This document shows, in pieces, positions 27,040-41,355 of a stretch of 64,000 nt of DNA; position 1 is the first letter of the stretch, and every line of letters starts with the position of its first letter. The notes beneath the pieces were generated by a model. The model was not told where the DNA came from. It did no database searches and saw only the letters and a list, made by a program, of their open reading frames with translations. This stretch comes from Octopus vulgaris (Eukaryota). The stretch spans positions 77,996,001-78,060,000 of the forward strand of contig OX597823.1 in the NCBI GenBank assembly GCA_951406725.2, written 5' to 3'. Both the position numbers and the translations under genes were made by a program.

Positions 27040-27400
27040 CTCATTTTCAAAGACTGCTTTGAAACAGTCATGTTCTATGGTAGCAAACCCTGAGCAATAA
27101 ACAGAAACACTAGCAGAACAGATAAATACTGAACACTGCTTTCATTTAGGATTTGCACTTGGGAGTTCATCCCTTCACAAAAAATAGAAAAAATAAAAAT
27201 CAGCTAATCACAAGTGTACAGTCTTTCTCAGCCAATAGCAATATATATTAAAAAACAATAATAATAATAATCTGATTGAACATACACATACTTTGAAATG
27301 AACAAGTACCCCAGTGGCCATTCATTCAAATTACAAAAGTAGAGTTACGAATTTAAGCTTCACTATGTTGGAAGAGCTTTTCAAAAGCCATACATTTCCA
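27040..27400 (+). mobile_element. Possible RTE-clade LINE C-terminal remnant
   Basis: FETVMFYGSKP*AI..ETLAEQI resembles the ESVLLYGSETW.L motif; very decayed. Confidence 0.4.
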
Positions 27401-27960
27401 AAGCAAATGATGATATATGTAGATTCTTGCTATGACCAAATACCAAGGACAAAAACAGATTGACCAATAGTGAGGGCACAAAATCTGTATTGTGGGTTAC
27501 TAATTATGGAAATGACAAAAAATGTCATGGGAATTTAGTCCAGATAATTCAATGTGCCTCAACTGAAGTAATAGAAGTCTTGCTTTATGAAAGTGTAGTG
27601 ATTCTACATCGTTCGTAAAAATTATATTCAAAGAATATGTGTTGTTTCGTGTTGTTCTAAGCATCAATTCCATGATTTGATATTGGTTTTCTAAGACCTG
27701 TCTCATGCATGATAATGGTACTTGTTTTAAGAATTTTCATACTGATTGTTATTGCAGTGTATTCTTGCATTGCAGTGCAATAATGATACACATATTTCAT
27801 CTACATCAGTGGCCCTCAACTGTTTCTTTTTTTTAGCTATAGAGCCCTTTGATTCCAATTTTTTTCAGATGGACCCTCATAACCATTCCATGTTTAAAAA
27901 AACCTATTATATTTTTATTATTAACCCTTTAGCATTCAGATTAATTTATCAAATGTAAGG

Positions 27961-28250
27961 CAATGACCAAGACCTTTGGCATTATGTCATGCTTGTGAAG
28001 AAGATCCATCAAGCCGAGCAAAATCGCAGTCGTGGCAGATACCGGTGTCACACTAATTGGCACCCATGCCAGTGGCATGTAAGTGCACTTGTTACACTCT
28101 TGGAGTGGTTGGCATTAAGAAGTGCATCCAGCCGTAGAAAATCATATCAAATGAGACTGGAGTCAGGTGCAGCTTTCTAGCGTGCCAGCCCAGTCAAACC
28201 GTCCAACCCATGTTAGCATGGACAACAGACATTAAATGATGATGGTGATG
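27961..28250 (+). mobile_element. Retroposon family C copy
   Basis: gagtggttggcattaagaagtgcatccagccgtagaaa..gtccaacccatg..gacattaaatgatgat. Confidence 0.8.
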
Positions 28251-31200
28251 AAAGAACCTCCATATTGCCATAATTTTGTTGAAATATACTACTTTTTAGA
28301 AGAATAAGGAACATAGTAAAATAACTTTGGCATTATTATTTGGAACATGAAATGACCTCACTTGAATGTTTTTTCACATACCACCAGCACAAGTTCCAGT
28401 AAGGCAATGCTGGTAATGATCACACTCGAATAGTGCTTTTTACATGCCACAAGAGACAGAGGCCAGCTTGTTGCTCTGGCAACGATCACACTTGTATGGT
28501 ATTCTTAGCGCTCTACTAGCACGGATGCCAGTCATCGAATTTGATTTTGATTTCAATTTCACTTGCCTCAACAGGTCTTTGCAAGCAGAGTCTAATGTCC
28601 AATGAAGGTAAGGTATGCATAAGTGGACTGGTTACACCCCTGGCATAGGCCACAAGGTTATGGTCTCACTTGAGCTTGACAAGTTTTCTCAAGCACAGCA
28701 TATTTCCAAAGGTCCCGGTTTTAAGAGGCTGTGGCATGATTTGAGGAAGATTTAACTGCTATTTCTAACAGTATAGACATTCCTTAAATGACAATATTAG
28801 TTTGACTTATATTAGTATATTGCATAAACTGATAGCCATAGATGGAAATGATCAAATAAACTATGCTATTCAACTGCTCTCTCTCATGAATCGCAACTTA
28901 ATATTTGCTGCATATATTTGTCTTGTACTGAATATTTAATTACAAGTTCTTCATCTAACCCAACTCAGGGGAATAAATAACCAATTATCTTGGATTGTTA
29001 CACATATGAAAGTCAACAAAAGATTCAGCTCTCATTTCATTAGAAGGAATCTCTTATCAGTTGATCAACCAGTAAAACTTGCAGCCAAATATCTCTGAAA
29101 TTACTCTCTGTCATATAGGACAGTGTCATCCAAGATAAACTATATTTGACAATATGGAGTGTGAATAGTTAGAATGCTTTTGACTATAAATTTGCTTGGT
29201 TAGTGCTAAACAGTAACAACAACAACAACAATTTAAAATGACATTAGACAAAGTGTGTTAAAAGACTTTACAAATTAATTTATTATTATTTAATCGATTA
29301 ACCAATTAATTAACAATAATTAATTCTGCTACATGTGTTTTAACGATACTCCCAAAATACAATAATATATGCTTCATATCAAGTATCTTATGAAAAAAAT
29401 ACAAAACTGAAATATTGTAAGCTTTCACCAGGCTAGCAATAAGTTCAGAAGTACTATAGTCTTGTCACTTCATAAAAAACTGCATCTTCTTCAAATTATG
29501 CTCAAATTTCATGAACTCAACAGAAAGATGGCTCCAGCTCTCAAAATATCAAACTGAGAATACTCTGCATCATCATTCTGGTTGCTATTACACACATACT
29601 TTAGTCCTTTGTTCCTGTGGAATTTAGGCCCCTAACAGCTTTTCTCCACTTTGAACTGTGTTTCAGGCCTTCCTCTCTCAGGTTTTGTTGGTTTAAATTG
29701 TCATTGGTGCTTCTGTAACTTTATTATTTGTCTTTGTTTTTGTAAGAGTATTTGATACTTACAAACCCACTTTTACCTTTGAGATAAGGTGATCTATATT
29801 AGTCTGGCATCTCTCCTTTGACCTGTCAAGTACGAAAGCCTCCAGCTAGCAGCTTGCATGCAAACCATCACAGTTCAAAAAGGAGTGAACTTAGTTGGGG
29901 GTGCTACCCAAACATGTACATTCAAATACATATAAATACCGGACATTAGGAAAACGAAAACCAGTTTCAGAAAGAGAAGAACATTATAAAGATCATAGTT
30001 TTGTTGCAAAAGGCATTGAGAAATCGATCAATAATTAATGTATTAATCAACTAATATAATTAACAATAAATATCTGAACTACAACCATTTTAGGTGTGTT
30101 TATTGGCTAAATGACCCTCTCAGAGTACAACATTATTTGTTTCAACATATCAAGCATCTTTATAAAACAAACGAAAGAAATAAAGCAAATTATTTTAATT
30201 AAATTAACGTTTATTTCAAAGGTATAGATAAGAGGAGATAGAAAAAGAGAAATGGAGAACAGAAAGAGAGAAAGGGTGATATGGAAGGAAAGAAAGAAAG
30301 AAAGAAACCAATTGATTATAGGGCAATTCAGTGGTATTGAAGTTAGAAAATATTGAGAAATATCAGATTAAGAGATCTATACAATATTTTATCCTTCATA
30401 TCATAAATGGATGTTTGTTAACCAGATTTGAAAATCCATCTATCTCAATTGAATGTTTAGTAGAAAAGAAAGCTGCATGATGAAGTACTTTCTATATCAA
30501 TATTCAAAGACCCTCCAGAAGGTAAACAAGAAAAATCAATTATAACTATTGGTTTCAAAAGGTATTTCAACTCGTTCAGACACAAGTGACAATCAGACTG
30601 TATTCTTTTAATATTTTATTCTTTCTCTGGTCTCAGTCATTGGACTAAAGCCATGATGGACCTTTTTTTAGGGTTTTTCTCTCTATTATGGTGACCCCCA
30701 CCACTCCCAGTACTTAGATTGGTACTTGTTTAATCTCTCATTTTATTGATTGTCCAAGCATATTTTTTCTTCAGAGTAAACGGATGTAACTTTCTATGAA
30801 ATGCAGTTCACATAGTACTTTTCTTTGATTTTGTTTGATTTATCAGCAACCTCTAGACATTAAACACACATCTTCACATACACACACACACACACACAGT
30901 TATATGGACATCCATATATGATCCTCATCAGTATGCTCTCTCTTCAGAGAAGTGTGTCGAAAGCAATGTTGTTGCAAATCCCTCACCTTTGTCTAGTATG
31001 CAAATTGTTTATCAAATCTAACCAACTGGAGATACTACCCACTTCTCATCTCTTGGATTGGTAGCTTCTTATCAGTTTGTGTTATATATATATATATCGT
31101 TTGTATGTATTGAAAATTTGCATGTCTGGAGAGATAGCATAACAGTTAACTGTTGCTTACAACTGTACATAAATCCATTAACATCCAAATTCCATCAGGT

Positions 31201-31621
31201 ATTAAATGCAATTTGTCGTCAGATTTTTTGTATAAGATTCAGTTAAACTTTTTATCATAGCATCAAAAATTGCATAATCTTCACATGTGTTTCCTGAGCT
31301 TATACTAGTATGCCATGTAGCAACCGTTACATAGAAGATTGCATTATCATTTTGCATTGGCAACTGACAATGAATTAAATTAATTTTTTTTCTTTTGCTG
31401 ATCTGGTGTTCTTGGGTGATTATTCGGTTACCAAATGGTATGCTAGTACTTGCTAGTGAAACATGTGTAAAGATCATAAAGATTATGTCATTCATGCTGC
31501 CATAATACTAAGTTTAGCCAAGAACTACTTATAGTTTTTTTTTGCTTTGAAGATGTGGCTCTAGGCAGGTTTTTATAACAACTTTGTGTCTCCGAGCAAT
31601 CCTTGGGCTCTGAGTACATAC

Positions 31622-31836
31622 TTTACTCTTTTACTATTTTACTTGTTTCAGTCACGTGACTGTGGCCATGCTGGAGCACCACCTTTAGTTGAGCAAATCG
31701 ACCCCAGTACTTATTCTTTGTAAACCTAATACTTATTCTATCGGTCTCCTTTGCCGAACCAGTAAGATACAGGGACATAAACACACCAACATCGGTTGTC
31801 AAGCAATGTTGTGGGGACAAACACAGACACACAAAC

Positions 31837-31874
<38 letters not shown>

Positions 31875-32027
31875 GACGGGCTTCTTTCAATTTCTGTCTA
31901 CCAAACCCACTCACAAGGTTTTGGTCGGCCTGAGGCTATAGTAGAAGACACTTGCCCAAGGTGCCACACAGTGGGACTGAACCCAGAACCATGTGGTTCG
32001 TAGGCATGCTACTTACCACACAGCCAC
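31622..32027 (-). mobile_element. SINE family A
   Basis: Near full-length match to 13440-13892. Confidence 0.9.
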
Positions 32028-34574
32028 AGGATCTTTTATCTTTTACTTGTTTGTTATTAAACTGTGACCATGCTGGGGCACTACCTTGAAGAATTTTTAG
32101 CTGAATGAATCGACTCTACTACTTTTTCTACCTGGTTCATACTGTATCAGTCTCTTTTACTGAACCACTAACCATTCAGCCATGAAATTTCTATCTATGT
32201 TTGAAGATCCATTTAATCTAGAACCACATTACTGAATATGTCTTGATGTTTTAAGATGGTAGGACAGAAATGGATGTGTGGTTACAAACTTTGCTTCCCA
32301 ATCACATGGTCCTAGGTTCATTGTCACAGTGTGGCATCTTGAACCTTGCAAGTGGATTTGATAGATGGAAACTGTGTGGAAGCCTGTTGTATGTACACAC
32401 GTGTGAGTATGTGTGTGTGTATGTGTGTGTGTGTGTGTGTGTGTGTTTGCATTTGTCTCTTTGTCTTGTCATAGTATGAAAGTTTTGAAAAGAGAGTTAT
32501 TGTCACATAAGCACTGTCATTCATTTACAATATTCAGCAAGCACACATTTTTGCATGGGGAAATATTACTTTAACAGATGAGGGTTGGCAACTGGAAAGG
32601 CAATTCTTCCCAACGTGTGCAAGTGTTGAAGTTTTGGCACAAGGCCAGCAATTTCAGGGGAAGTGGCAAGTTGATTACATTGACCCTACGGCTTAAGTGG
32701 TACAATTTTACCACTATCAAAAGGATGAAAAGCAAAATTAACTTCAGCAGGATTTGAACTCAGAACGTATAGCTAGAAGAAATGCCACTAAGCATTTTGT
32801 CCTTCATGCTAACATTTCTGCATTTCTGCTTGCTTGCTGCTATTTCTAGCAAGTGAAATAATCACATATAGAAACGTTTTCATTTGTTTGTCTTTTCTCC
32901 ATGCTGGAGAGAATTTTATGTAATTGTGGTTTTCTTTGCAGTTGTATCTCTATTAATTGAAAGCTCTAAGACATTGTAAACAACTTTAATACTAATTCAT
33001 AATTCATGTTCAAGAGGTTTTCTTTTGCTTATATTTAGTTTCTGTTTCTAGAGAATAAATAATAACAGACCCTTTCAAGTGGAATGCATTTTAAATATCA
33101 AGTCGAATGTATTGTTACATGTTGCCGTTTAGCTTCAGGTCAACTCCGGTCCAGTAGATATATAATCATTAAATGATAGAATGAGATTTAAGATTTGAAG
33201 GAGTTTAGATGCAGTTCTTCTAGGTTGAGTGGCCTTCTAAGAAACATGAAAACAAAACAAAAAGTTTCTCTATTGATTGCTTTTAGTAGCAGGTTTGATG
33301 CACTTTAAGTATCTCTAGTTTGTTATAGAAAAAAATTTACCTAGATCCACTTTTAAATTAACTACTTGGTCTGATAGTGAATGTCTTTCAACAATTGGAT
33401 CTGAGTTCATTTTTTTTTCTTATGGTAATAATTATGAAGGGAAGTTCTTTTGAGAATGAAATTAAAATGTTTATATTACTCAAGATATTTTAAATATGAA
33501 TTATGTCCTAATTCCATTAGATTTTACAATGTAGTAGATCCATCTCTCTCTCTCATTCTTTTTTTTTTTTTATTTAACAACTAAAATTTCATACGTTATC
33601 TTATGCCTCGTATCATTAATGGATATTCGTCAACCCTGGTTGAGAATCCATCTATTCAAATTGAATATTTAATAGACAAGCAGCATGCTAAAATATTCTC
33701 CATAACAAAATTCAAAACCTATCCAGTAGGAAAAAAGGTATAAAATCAATGGTAACTCATTAGTGCTGTCATGAAAACATAACAAAATACAGCAAATATC
33801 ATACAAAAAAAATATATTATATTGGAAATATAAAATGTGATCAGGAAAAGATGCTTAACAATGTGCCAATCATCTGGTATCAACATCTCTATTATTTTTT
33901 TAGTTCTTTTCTTTTTAAGTTTTATGTTAACGATGTTCTTTGTCTAATATCCATATCTTTAATATTCTCTTATTTTTTGCATCTGATTTGCCCCAGTAAT
34001 CGATTACCTTCACCCTCACCCCTTCCCTTTTCACCCCCACTCTCTCATTTCCTCACTGTCTTTCATTCTCTCCCATTTCCTCACTATCTTTCACTCTCTC
34101 TCTTTTTATCTTTTTGTCTCTTTCTCTTCCTCTCTCTCTCTCTCTCTGGCAGAATAACTCTAATAAGATCCATTATATTTAAATTACTTACTAACATGCT
34201 GATATCTCATCAACTGTTATTTCTTATAACTAATACTTTCGGTAGACATATCCAGATTCATGTTACTTTAACCTCTTCATCCAAGGAAATGAAACTAAAT
34301 TACTTTGCAAGATTTTTTTTCCTTTCGTTACTGTACCTTAATTACTGATCTCATATATTCATTTATCAAATCTCATTTTTCTTAATTTTTTTTTTTTTTG
34401 GTAAAAGGTTAAATAGATTTATTTTATATTCTTTTTTTTTTTAAAAAATATAATTAAAACACAAAGCTCTGTACTACACTCTGCTAAAAATATTCGGTTT
34501 CATAAACTAAACATACATACTGACATATACACACACATGCACATGTATATAAAATATAATAATTAAAGTATGTA

Positions 34575-34950
<376 letters not shown>

Positions 34951-35409
34951 TGTTTATTTTTATAGTTTTTTTTTATCATCACTTTTTCTGAGCATTTGCA
35001 TCATTGATTAAAGGTTTCCAATGCACTAATAACTGCTTCACTGCATTTCTGTTGTTGAGTGTGATAAGGAAGTGATTATCTGTGCAACTGGAGTGGAATA
35101 AATAGCACAAGATCTTTTATTTGACATACCCATTACACCTTTATTTGCCAATTGCTAATGTATATATCTTCTGCATGCATGCACACATATGTGTGTGTAT
35201 GTATTAGTAAAAGTATTTGCTGTCTGACATGACTTCCTTCCATTTGTACAATCTATATGAAGAAGCTGAAGTGGCTTCTGCTGTATGTCACGAAATTCAA
35301 ATTATTGACCAAAACTTGTGATTTTACCTTCTATAATTCTACTCAGACTTTTCACATTTTACTTTTGTCTATGCTTGCATATATATATATATATATATAT
35401 TTATATATT

Positions 35410-35577
35410 CCTCTGTCTTCCCTTCTCTGAATCTTTCCTTCTCCTATGTTTCCGACGAAGAGCTCCACTTGAAGCGTTAAACCCTCCTTCTTTCCTTCTT
35501 TCCTGAGCGTCCAATAATACTATATTTGTTCCACGTCCTCGCATTGTTGTGTTTTTTGTGCTTTCTTGTTTGGATTA

Positions 35578-35582
<5 letters not shown>
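35410..35582 (+). mobile_element. Penelope-like module in (TA)n with decayed hammerhead-like motif at 35448-35482
   Basis: GUUU-CCGACGA-A-GAGC-UCC-ACUU-GAAGC-GUU-AAAC; downstream tcctgagc..taatac..ttccac shared with 18861-19128. Confidence 0.5.
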
Positions 35583-35629
<47 letters not shown>

Positions 35630-35630
<1 letters not shown>

Positions 35631-36015
35631 TAGTAGTATCGCCCTTCGTTGCTTGGGTTTGTTTTGACCCTTTAGAATTGGAATTTTTGAAAAGTAAAAA
35701 TTTTGCATTATGTAGCTTGTTATTCTCCTTAACTGAACATTTTTCTGGTTGAAATACACCGAATAATAGTGACACAGCAGTCAAAAAATCGTAGAAAAAT
35801 TGGGATTTTCATAGAAAATAAAGCCTTTTTTATGTAAATAAATTTTGGTCTTAACGTGGTCCGATTTGAATTTTATCTTCTACAGAATTAAGAGCAAGCC
35901 TTCTTCTATTATACTCTCAATTTTAGTCAACTTGCACCTCAGGGTCTCAGAGGAGATAGTGTTAGTTGAAGGCTACCAAACCTGCCACATACAGACAGCT
36001 TCAACTTTATATAAT

Positions 36016-36018
<3 letters not shown>
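35630..36018 (-). mobile_element. Non-autonomous Helitron-like element
   Basis: Minus strand TC...ccc-aagcaacgaa-ggg subterminal hairpin remnant...CTAG at an A|T site; homologous to 10810-11241. Confidence 0.72.
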
Positions 36019-36050
<32 letters not shown>

Positions 36051-36103
36051 GATGTACTTGCATAGCAAGTGATCTGATCTGAGATCATGTGCTGAAACAA
36101 AAA

Positions 36104-36382
36104 CAACTGCAGCATGGAAGGTGTTAATAGGCCATTTAAAAACACAAAAACCATTGGATTTACTTCAACATTTAAATTCAATTTGCTAAAATATTTTCTT
36201 TGGTATGAGACCGCGGCCTGTTCACTGACAAAATTCCGTGCTGCATGGAATTTTGTCAGTGATGAGGTCATGGTCTCAAAGCGATGGAAATATTTTGACA
36301 AATTAAATTTAAGTGTTGAAGTGAATCCAACGATTTTTGTGTGTTTTTAAATGGCTTATAAACAGCTTCCACACTGCAATTG
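36104..36382. repeat. Imperfect fold-back (about 138-bp arms), MITE-like
   Basis: Centre tcactgacaaaattccgtg-ctg-catggaattttgtcagtga; arms pair out to caactgcag / ctgcaattg. Confidence 0.88.
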
Positions 36383-36383
36383 T

Positions 36384-36429
<46 letters not shown>

Positions 36430-36831
36430 ATATGTATGCATATTGCAGGTGGGAGTATGAAATTATGTTTTTGAAATAATCATCTCAATTTCCACAGAGA
36501 AAACATTTTCATGCTTTAGAAAGACAAAACTTTTTCCCATCCTCACTTTTAGTGGCTCAGTTTGTTCATTTCCAAATATTATTATCTATAATAAAGACAA
36601 ATCCTACATTAGTATTTTCTTTGAATTCATGCAAGTCTTAAGTACCTTTTGTTTTGTCGGTTTGCTTTGGAGCTTCACAAAAATTATTTTATCATGAAAC
36701 AAAAAGAATTCATATAATACTAGTGTTATTACAGATGTTTTAGTAGAAGCTGAAACTTCAAGTGCTGCATTTCCATTCAAGTCTTTTGAATGACATAAAT
36801 TACTTATGCATATTCATTCATTTAGTGACAA

Positions 36832-36963
<132 letters not shown>

Positions 36964-37121
36964 ATATATATATATATTATTTAATGACAAATTTATGTAT
37001 TCATATCATGGCAAAGATGTGTATGTTTGTGTGTGTTTTTATGTATGTGTTTGTTTGGGGACAAACATATGGAGTGTACCTGAATCTGTGTTCACATACA
37101 CACACACACACACATACATGT

Positions 37122-37165
<44 letters not shown>

Positions 37166-39053
37166 TTTTTGGAGGTGACGTGTGTGCATGGAATTGCATG
37201 CTACCATCTTTAATGATGTTTTGTGATATTAAAAATATTTGTTGTGCAACCAAATCTTTGTCTGGTGCAGAAGCAGAAGTTAACTGACATATTTTGCAAT
37301 AAAATAACAAATGAACATTTATGTCAATATGCTTGTATGGCCTGCTAAAAATCTTAACCAAGTCTTCATCAATTCCCTTCATATCATCTTAATAAAGGAA
37401 GGAGAAATTTTACTATAAAGTCCTTAATACAGTGTATGGAAAAAAACAAGGAAGGTGTATGGAAAACAACATGTTATGGTCACAACTGTAACAACTTCCC
37501 TCATTGCCTGAACTAGGATTAAACAACTTAACTGTCTAGTCGTGCTCCAATAACAATTTTCTCATGCTATAAAAGCAAGCTCATTTTGGATTTAGAAATT
37601 AACACTGACTGAGATCATGTATATGTATGTTTGTATGTGTGTGTATATGTGTGTGTGTATGTGTGAGCGTGTGTGTGTATGTATGTATCATCATTTAACG
37701 TCCATTCTCCATTCTGGCATTGGTTGGACAGTTTGACCAGAGCTGGCAAGCTGCACCAGACTCCAGTCTCATTTGCCCTTCCTTATGCCAACCACTTTAC
37801 AGAGTGTTCTGGGTGCTTTTACATTGTACCACAAGAGCGGTTTTACATATGTATCTATAAAATGTATACATACATGTTTTCCAAGCTCTGTGCTAGTTCC
37901 CATGTAAACCTATCTGCTCCACAGATTGTAGAATAGTTTGGTGTAACTTGGAAGCGCAAAGCTTATTCTCGCTTTCTCGGTTCTTTATCTTTCAACCACA
38001 CGAATAACAAATTCTATTCATCTTCAAATCTGTGACATTAACCAAAACAAATATCAAAACTACCCAAACTTCTCTCACATATACCCAGCTTCTAGTAAAT
38101 GATCTCAAACATTGTGTAGTGTGACTAGGTTGCAACAATAATAAAGCCTTTATGTTGTTAATTGACTTCCTAGAAATATCAGCTAGGTATCCCTCACATT
38201 ACATTGGACAATGAAATTTTCAATATACAAAATAACAGCAAGATACTCAAAGCCTTTGATCAGAAGTATTCCCTTCTGATTAAAGATTTACTTGGCTAGA
38301 ACTGACCTGGTACTGAAGCATTACATAAGAGTATGAAGCAAAGTATTAGTCTCACTAAATCAGAGACTAGTTATGCATTAATGAAGCTCACTAGCTTTAG
38401 ACTCTATAGAGTTTCTATAAGTCAGCTTGCAGCATGTTTCGATTTACTTGCTTATGTAAATATCCTGATCTAGCATATATACATAAATGATGTTATGTGT
38501 CTGTAGGTAAGAAAACATGTAATCAGTTTTAGAGCAATACCATTAGTGTAGGAGTTTATGTGTTTCAGAGTTCGTTGTTGGAAGAGAGGAAGAATGTAAT
38601 ATTCATAACAGGTAGCTGAGAAATGCCTGAGTTTATGAGGTGGGATCAAAAAGGACTCCATCTTCACAAAGTACAATGGACCAGGCTGAAAAAAAATGTG
38701 TTTTCAGATATATTTATGGTAATGGAAATTGCTCCGTAATTGGATGGAACATGGAATTTTATATATATATCGGCTGACATGGATATTATGTAGTTTTAAG
38801 CCGAAATGAAATGAATGGTTGTGATATGATTGATAATTATGACTGTCATATATATTCTACACTGACTGTTGATATGGGTAAATGTGTTTCGTGTTTGAAC
38901 CTTTGCAGATTGCTAAACCTGTCCTTGTTAGGTTTCAACATCTCACATTCTCTTAGAATTATCTAACCATTTCTGCTGCATCATTTCATCATAGAGAACT
39001 AAAAATAATACACACATATATATAAACATATAAATATATATATATATATATAT

Positions 39054-39103
<50 letters not shown>

Positions 39104-39147
39104 TATATATATATATATATATATTATGTATATATATAAATACATAT

Positions 39148-39179
<32 letters not shown>

Positions 39180-39767
39180 TATATAAATACATATTATATA
39201 TATATATATATATATATTATATAAATATATTATATATATATATATATATGCATGTATGTATGTATTTATGTATACCACCACTAACATGGCATATTATTTT
39301 TTTATATTGGGATAAAATTATAATTATTTACAATATTTGTAATGCATTTATAAGCTTCATATTGCACTTCAGATTCATTTCCAACCGAGTTTAACAATAT
39401 AAAATATAAAGTGGAGAATTTTAAGGATGAACATAACAGCTTATATGAGTTTCATTTTCCTTTAAATTGCTGCATTACCTCTTAAAGACTCTATCTTCAT
39501 GTGGAGTAACTGGAATTATTTCATCTTAATGTTAACAATGTTCTTTAAGCTGTGTTTATAGGAAGATTTAAATTCTATAATGTAAGATAACATAGCAATA
39601 ATCTTGTATTTTATTTTCCTGTTTCTGTCAAGCTGCATCAGCACATGGTACCTCTTCACAATTAGGTGGACTGAGCTAACAAGAGTTAATAATTTTTAGT
39701 TGAAAATATGATTAAAAGTCAGTAGCAAGAGAATGAGTTTCTATGATACTAAGGTGGAATAAATACC

Positions 39768-40000
39768 TATTTCTTTACTACCCACAAGGGGCTAAACACA
39801 GAGGGGACAAACAAGGACAGACAAACAGATTAAGTTGATTACATCAACCCCAGTGCGTAACTGGTACTTAATTTATCGACCCCGAAAGGATGAAAGACAA
39901 AGTCGACCTCGGTGGAATTTGAACTTAGAACATAATGGCAAACGAAATACGGCTACACATTTCGCCCGGTGTGCTAACGTTTCTGCCAGCTCACTGCTGT
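39768..40000 (-). mobile_element. SINE family B with 15-bp TSD
   Basis: ggtggaataaatacc (39753-39767) versus ggtagaataaatacc (40001-40015). Confidence 0.92.
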
Positions 40001-40313
40001 GGTAGAATAAATACCACAAGGTATTTTCATTCAGCATGCCAATGCAGGTGTGGCTGTGTGGTTAAGAAGCACACTTTGCAATTGTGTGGCTTCACTATGT
40101 GGTTCAGTCTCACTGCATGGCAGCATTTGAATTCAGAATATAAAAACAGATAAAATGCTACTAAGCATTTTTCCTGGTGTGCTAATGATTCTTCCATCTC
40201 ACTGCCTTGACCAAACTGATTATTGATTTCAAATTTTGGCACCAGGCCAGCAATTTTGGCAGAGTAGTAAGCCAATTACATTGACCCCAAGTGTTCCACA
40301 GGTATTTATTTTA

Positions 40314-40427
40314 TCAACCCCAAAAGGACGAAATGCAAAGTCAACCCCAAAAGGAGGAAATGCAAAGTCAACCACAAAAGGACGAAATGCAAAGTTGACC
40401 CCAAAAGGACGAAATGCAAAGTCAACC
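40314..40427. repeat. 27-bp tandem repeat x4 inside a SINE B copy
   Basis: Unit tcaaccccaaaaggacgaaatgcaaag. Confidence 0.93.
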
Positions 40428-40712
40428 TCAGCAGAATTTTAACTGAGAACATGAAGACAGATGCAATGCTGCTAAGCATTTTACCTGGCATGCTAATGAT
40501 TCTGCTATCACCCTGCTGTAATTAAGCTAAATATTATTTTTTGCCTGTGGACATAAGGTCACAAATATGTAAGGCAGAGTAAAGTCAGTTGCATCAACTG
40601 AGGACCTTGACTGGTGTTTTACTCTGTCAGCTCTGTAAGGGCATAAAGCAAAGTGGCTCTTGGCAAGATTTGAAATCAGTATAAAACGATGTAATGGAAA
40701 CTTGTTAGGACT

Positions 40713-41355
40713 TTTATCTTTTATTTGTTTCAGTCATTAGATTGTGACCATGCTGGAGCACTCCATCGAAGAATTTTTAGTTAAACAAATCAACCTCAGT
40801 GCATTTTATTTTTTATTCTTCAAGCCTGGTACTTATTCTATCAGTCTCTTTTTGCTGAAATACTAAGTTACAAGGACATAAGCACACCATCACCAGTTAT
40901 CAAGTGGTGGTGGTGGTGGACAAACAGAAATAGACACACACACATACACACACACTCACACACACATATATATGAGATGGCGGCGAGCTGGCAGAAACGT
41001 TAGCACACCGGGCGAAATGCGTAGCCGTATTTCGTCTGCTGTTACGTTCTGAGTTCAAATTCCGCCGAGGTCGACTTTGCCTTTCATCCTTTCTGGGTCG
41101 ATAAATAAAGTACCAGTTTCGCACTGGTGTCTATGTAATCGACTTAATCCCTTTGTCTGTCCTTGTTTGTCCCCTCTGTGTTTAGCCCCTTGTGGGTAGT
41201 AAAGAAATATATATATATGAGATGGGCTACTTTCTGTTTCCGTCTACCAAATACACTCACAAGGCTTTGGTCAGATTGAGGTTATAATAGAAAACACTTA
41301 CCCAAAGTGCCATGCAATGGGACTGAACCCAAACTTCATACCACACAGCCACACC
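40713..41355 (-). mobile_element. SINE family A interrupted by SINE B
   Basis: Family A sequence resumes at about 41225 after the nested element. Confidence 0.85.
40979..41208 (+). mobile_element. Young SINE family B nested in SINE A
   Basis: CpG-rich intact copy; atatatatgagatgg duplicated on both sides. Confidence 0.93.

Noticed and set aside
31202-31495. 97-aa minus-strand ORF in non-repetitive DNA
   Set aside because: No recognisable domain; length compatible with chance.
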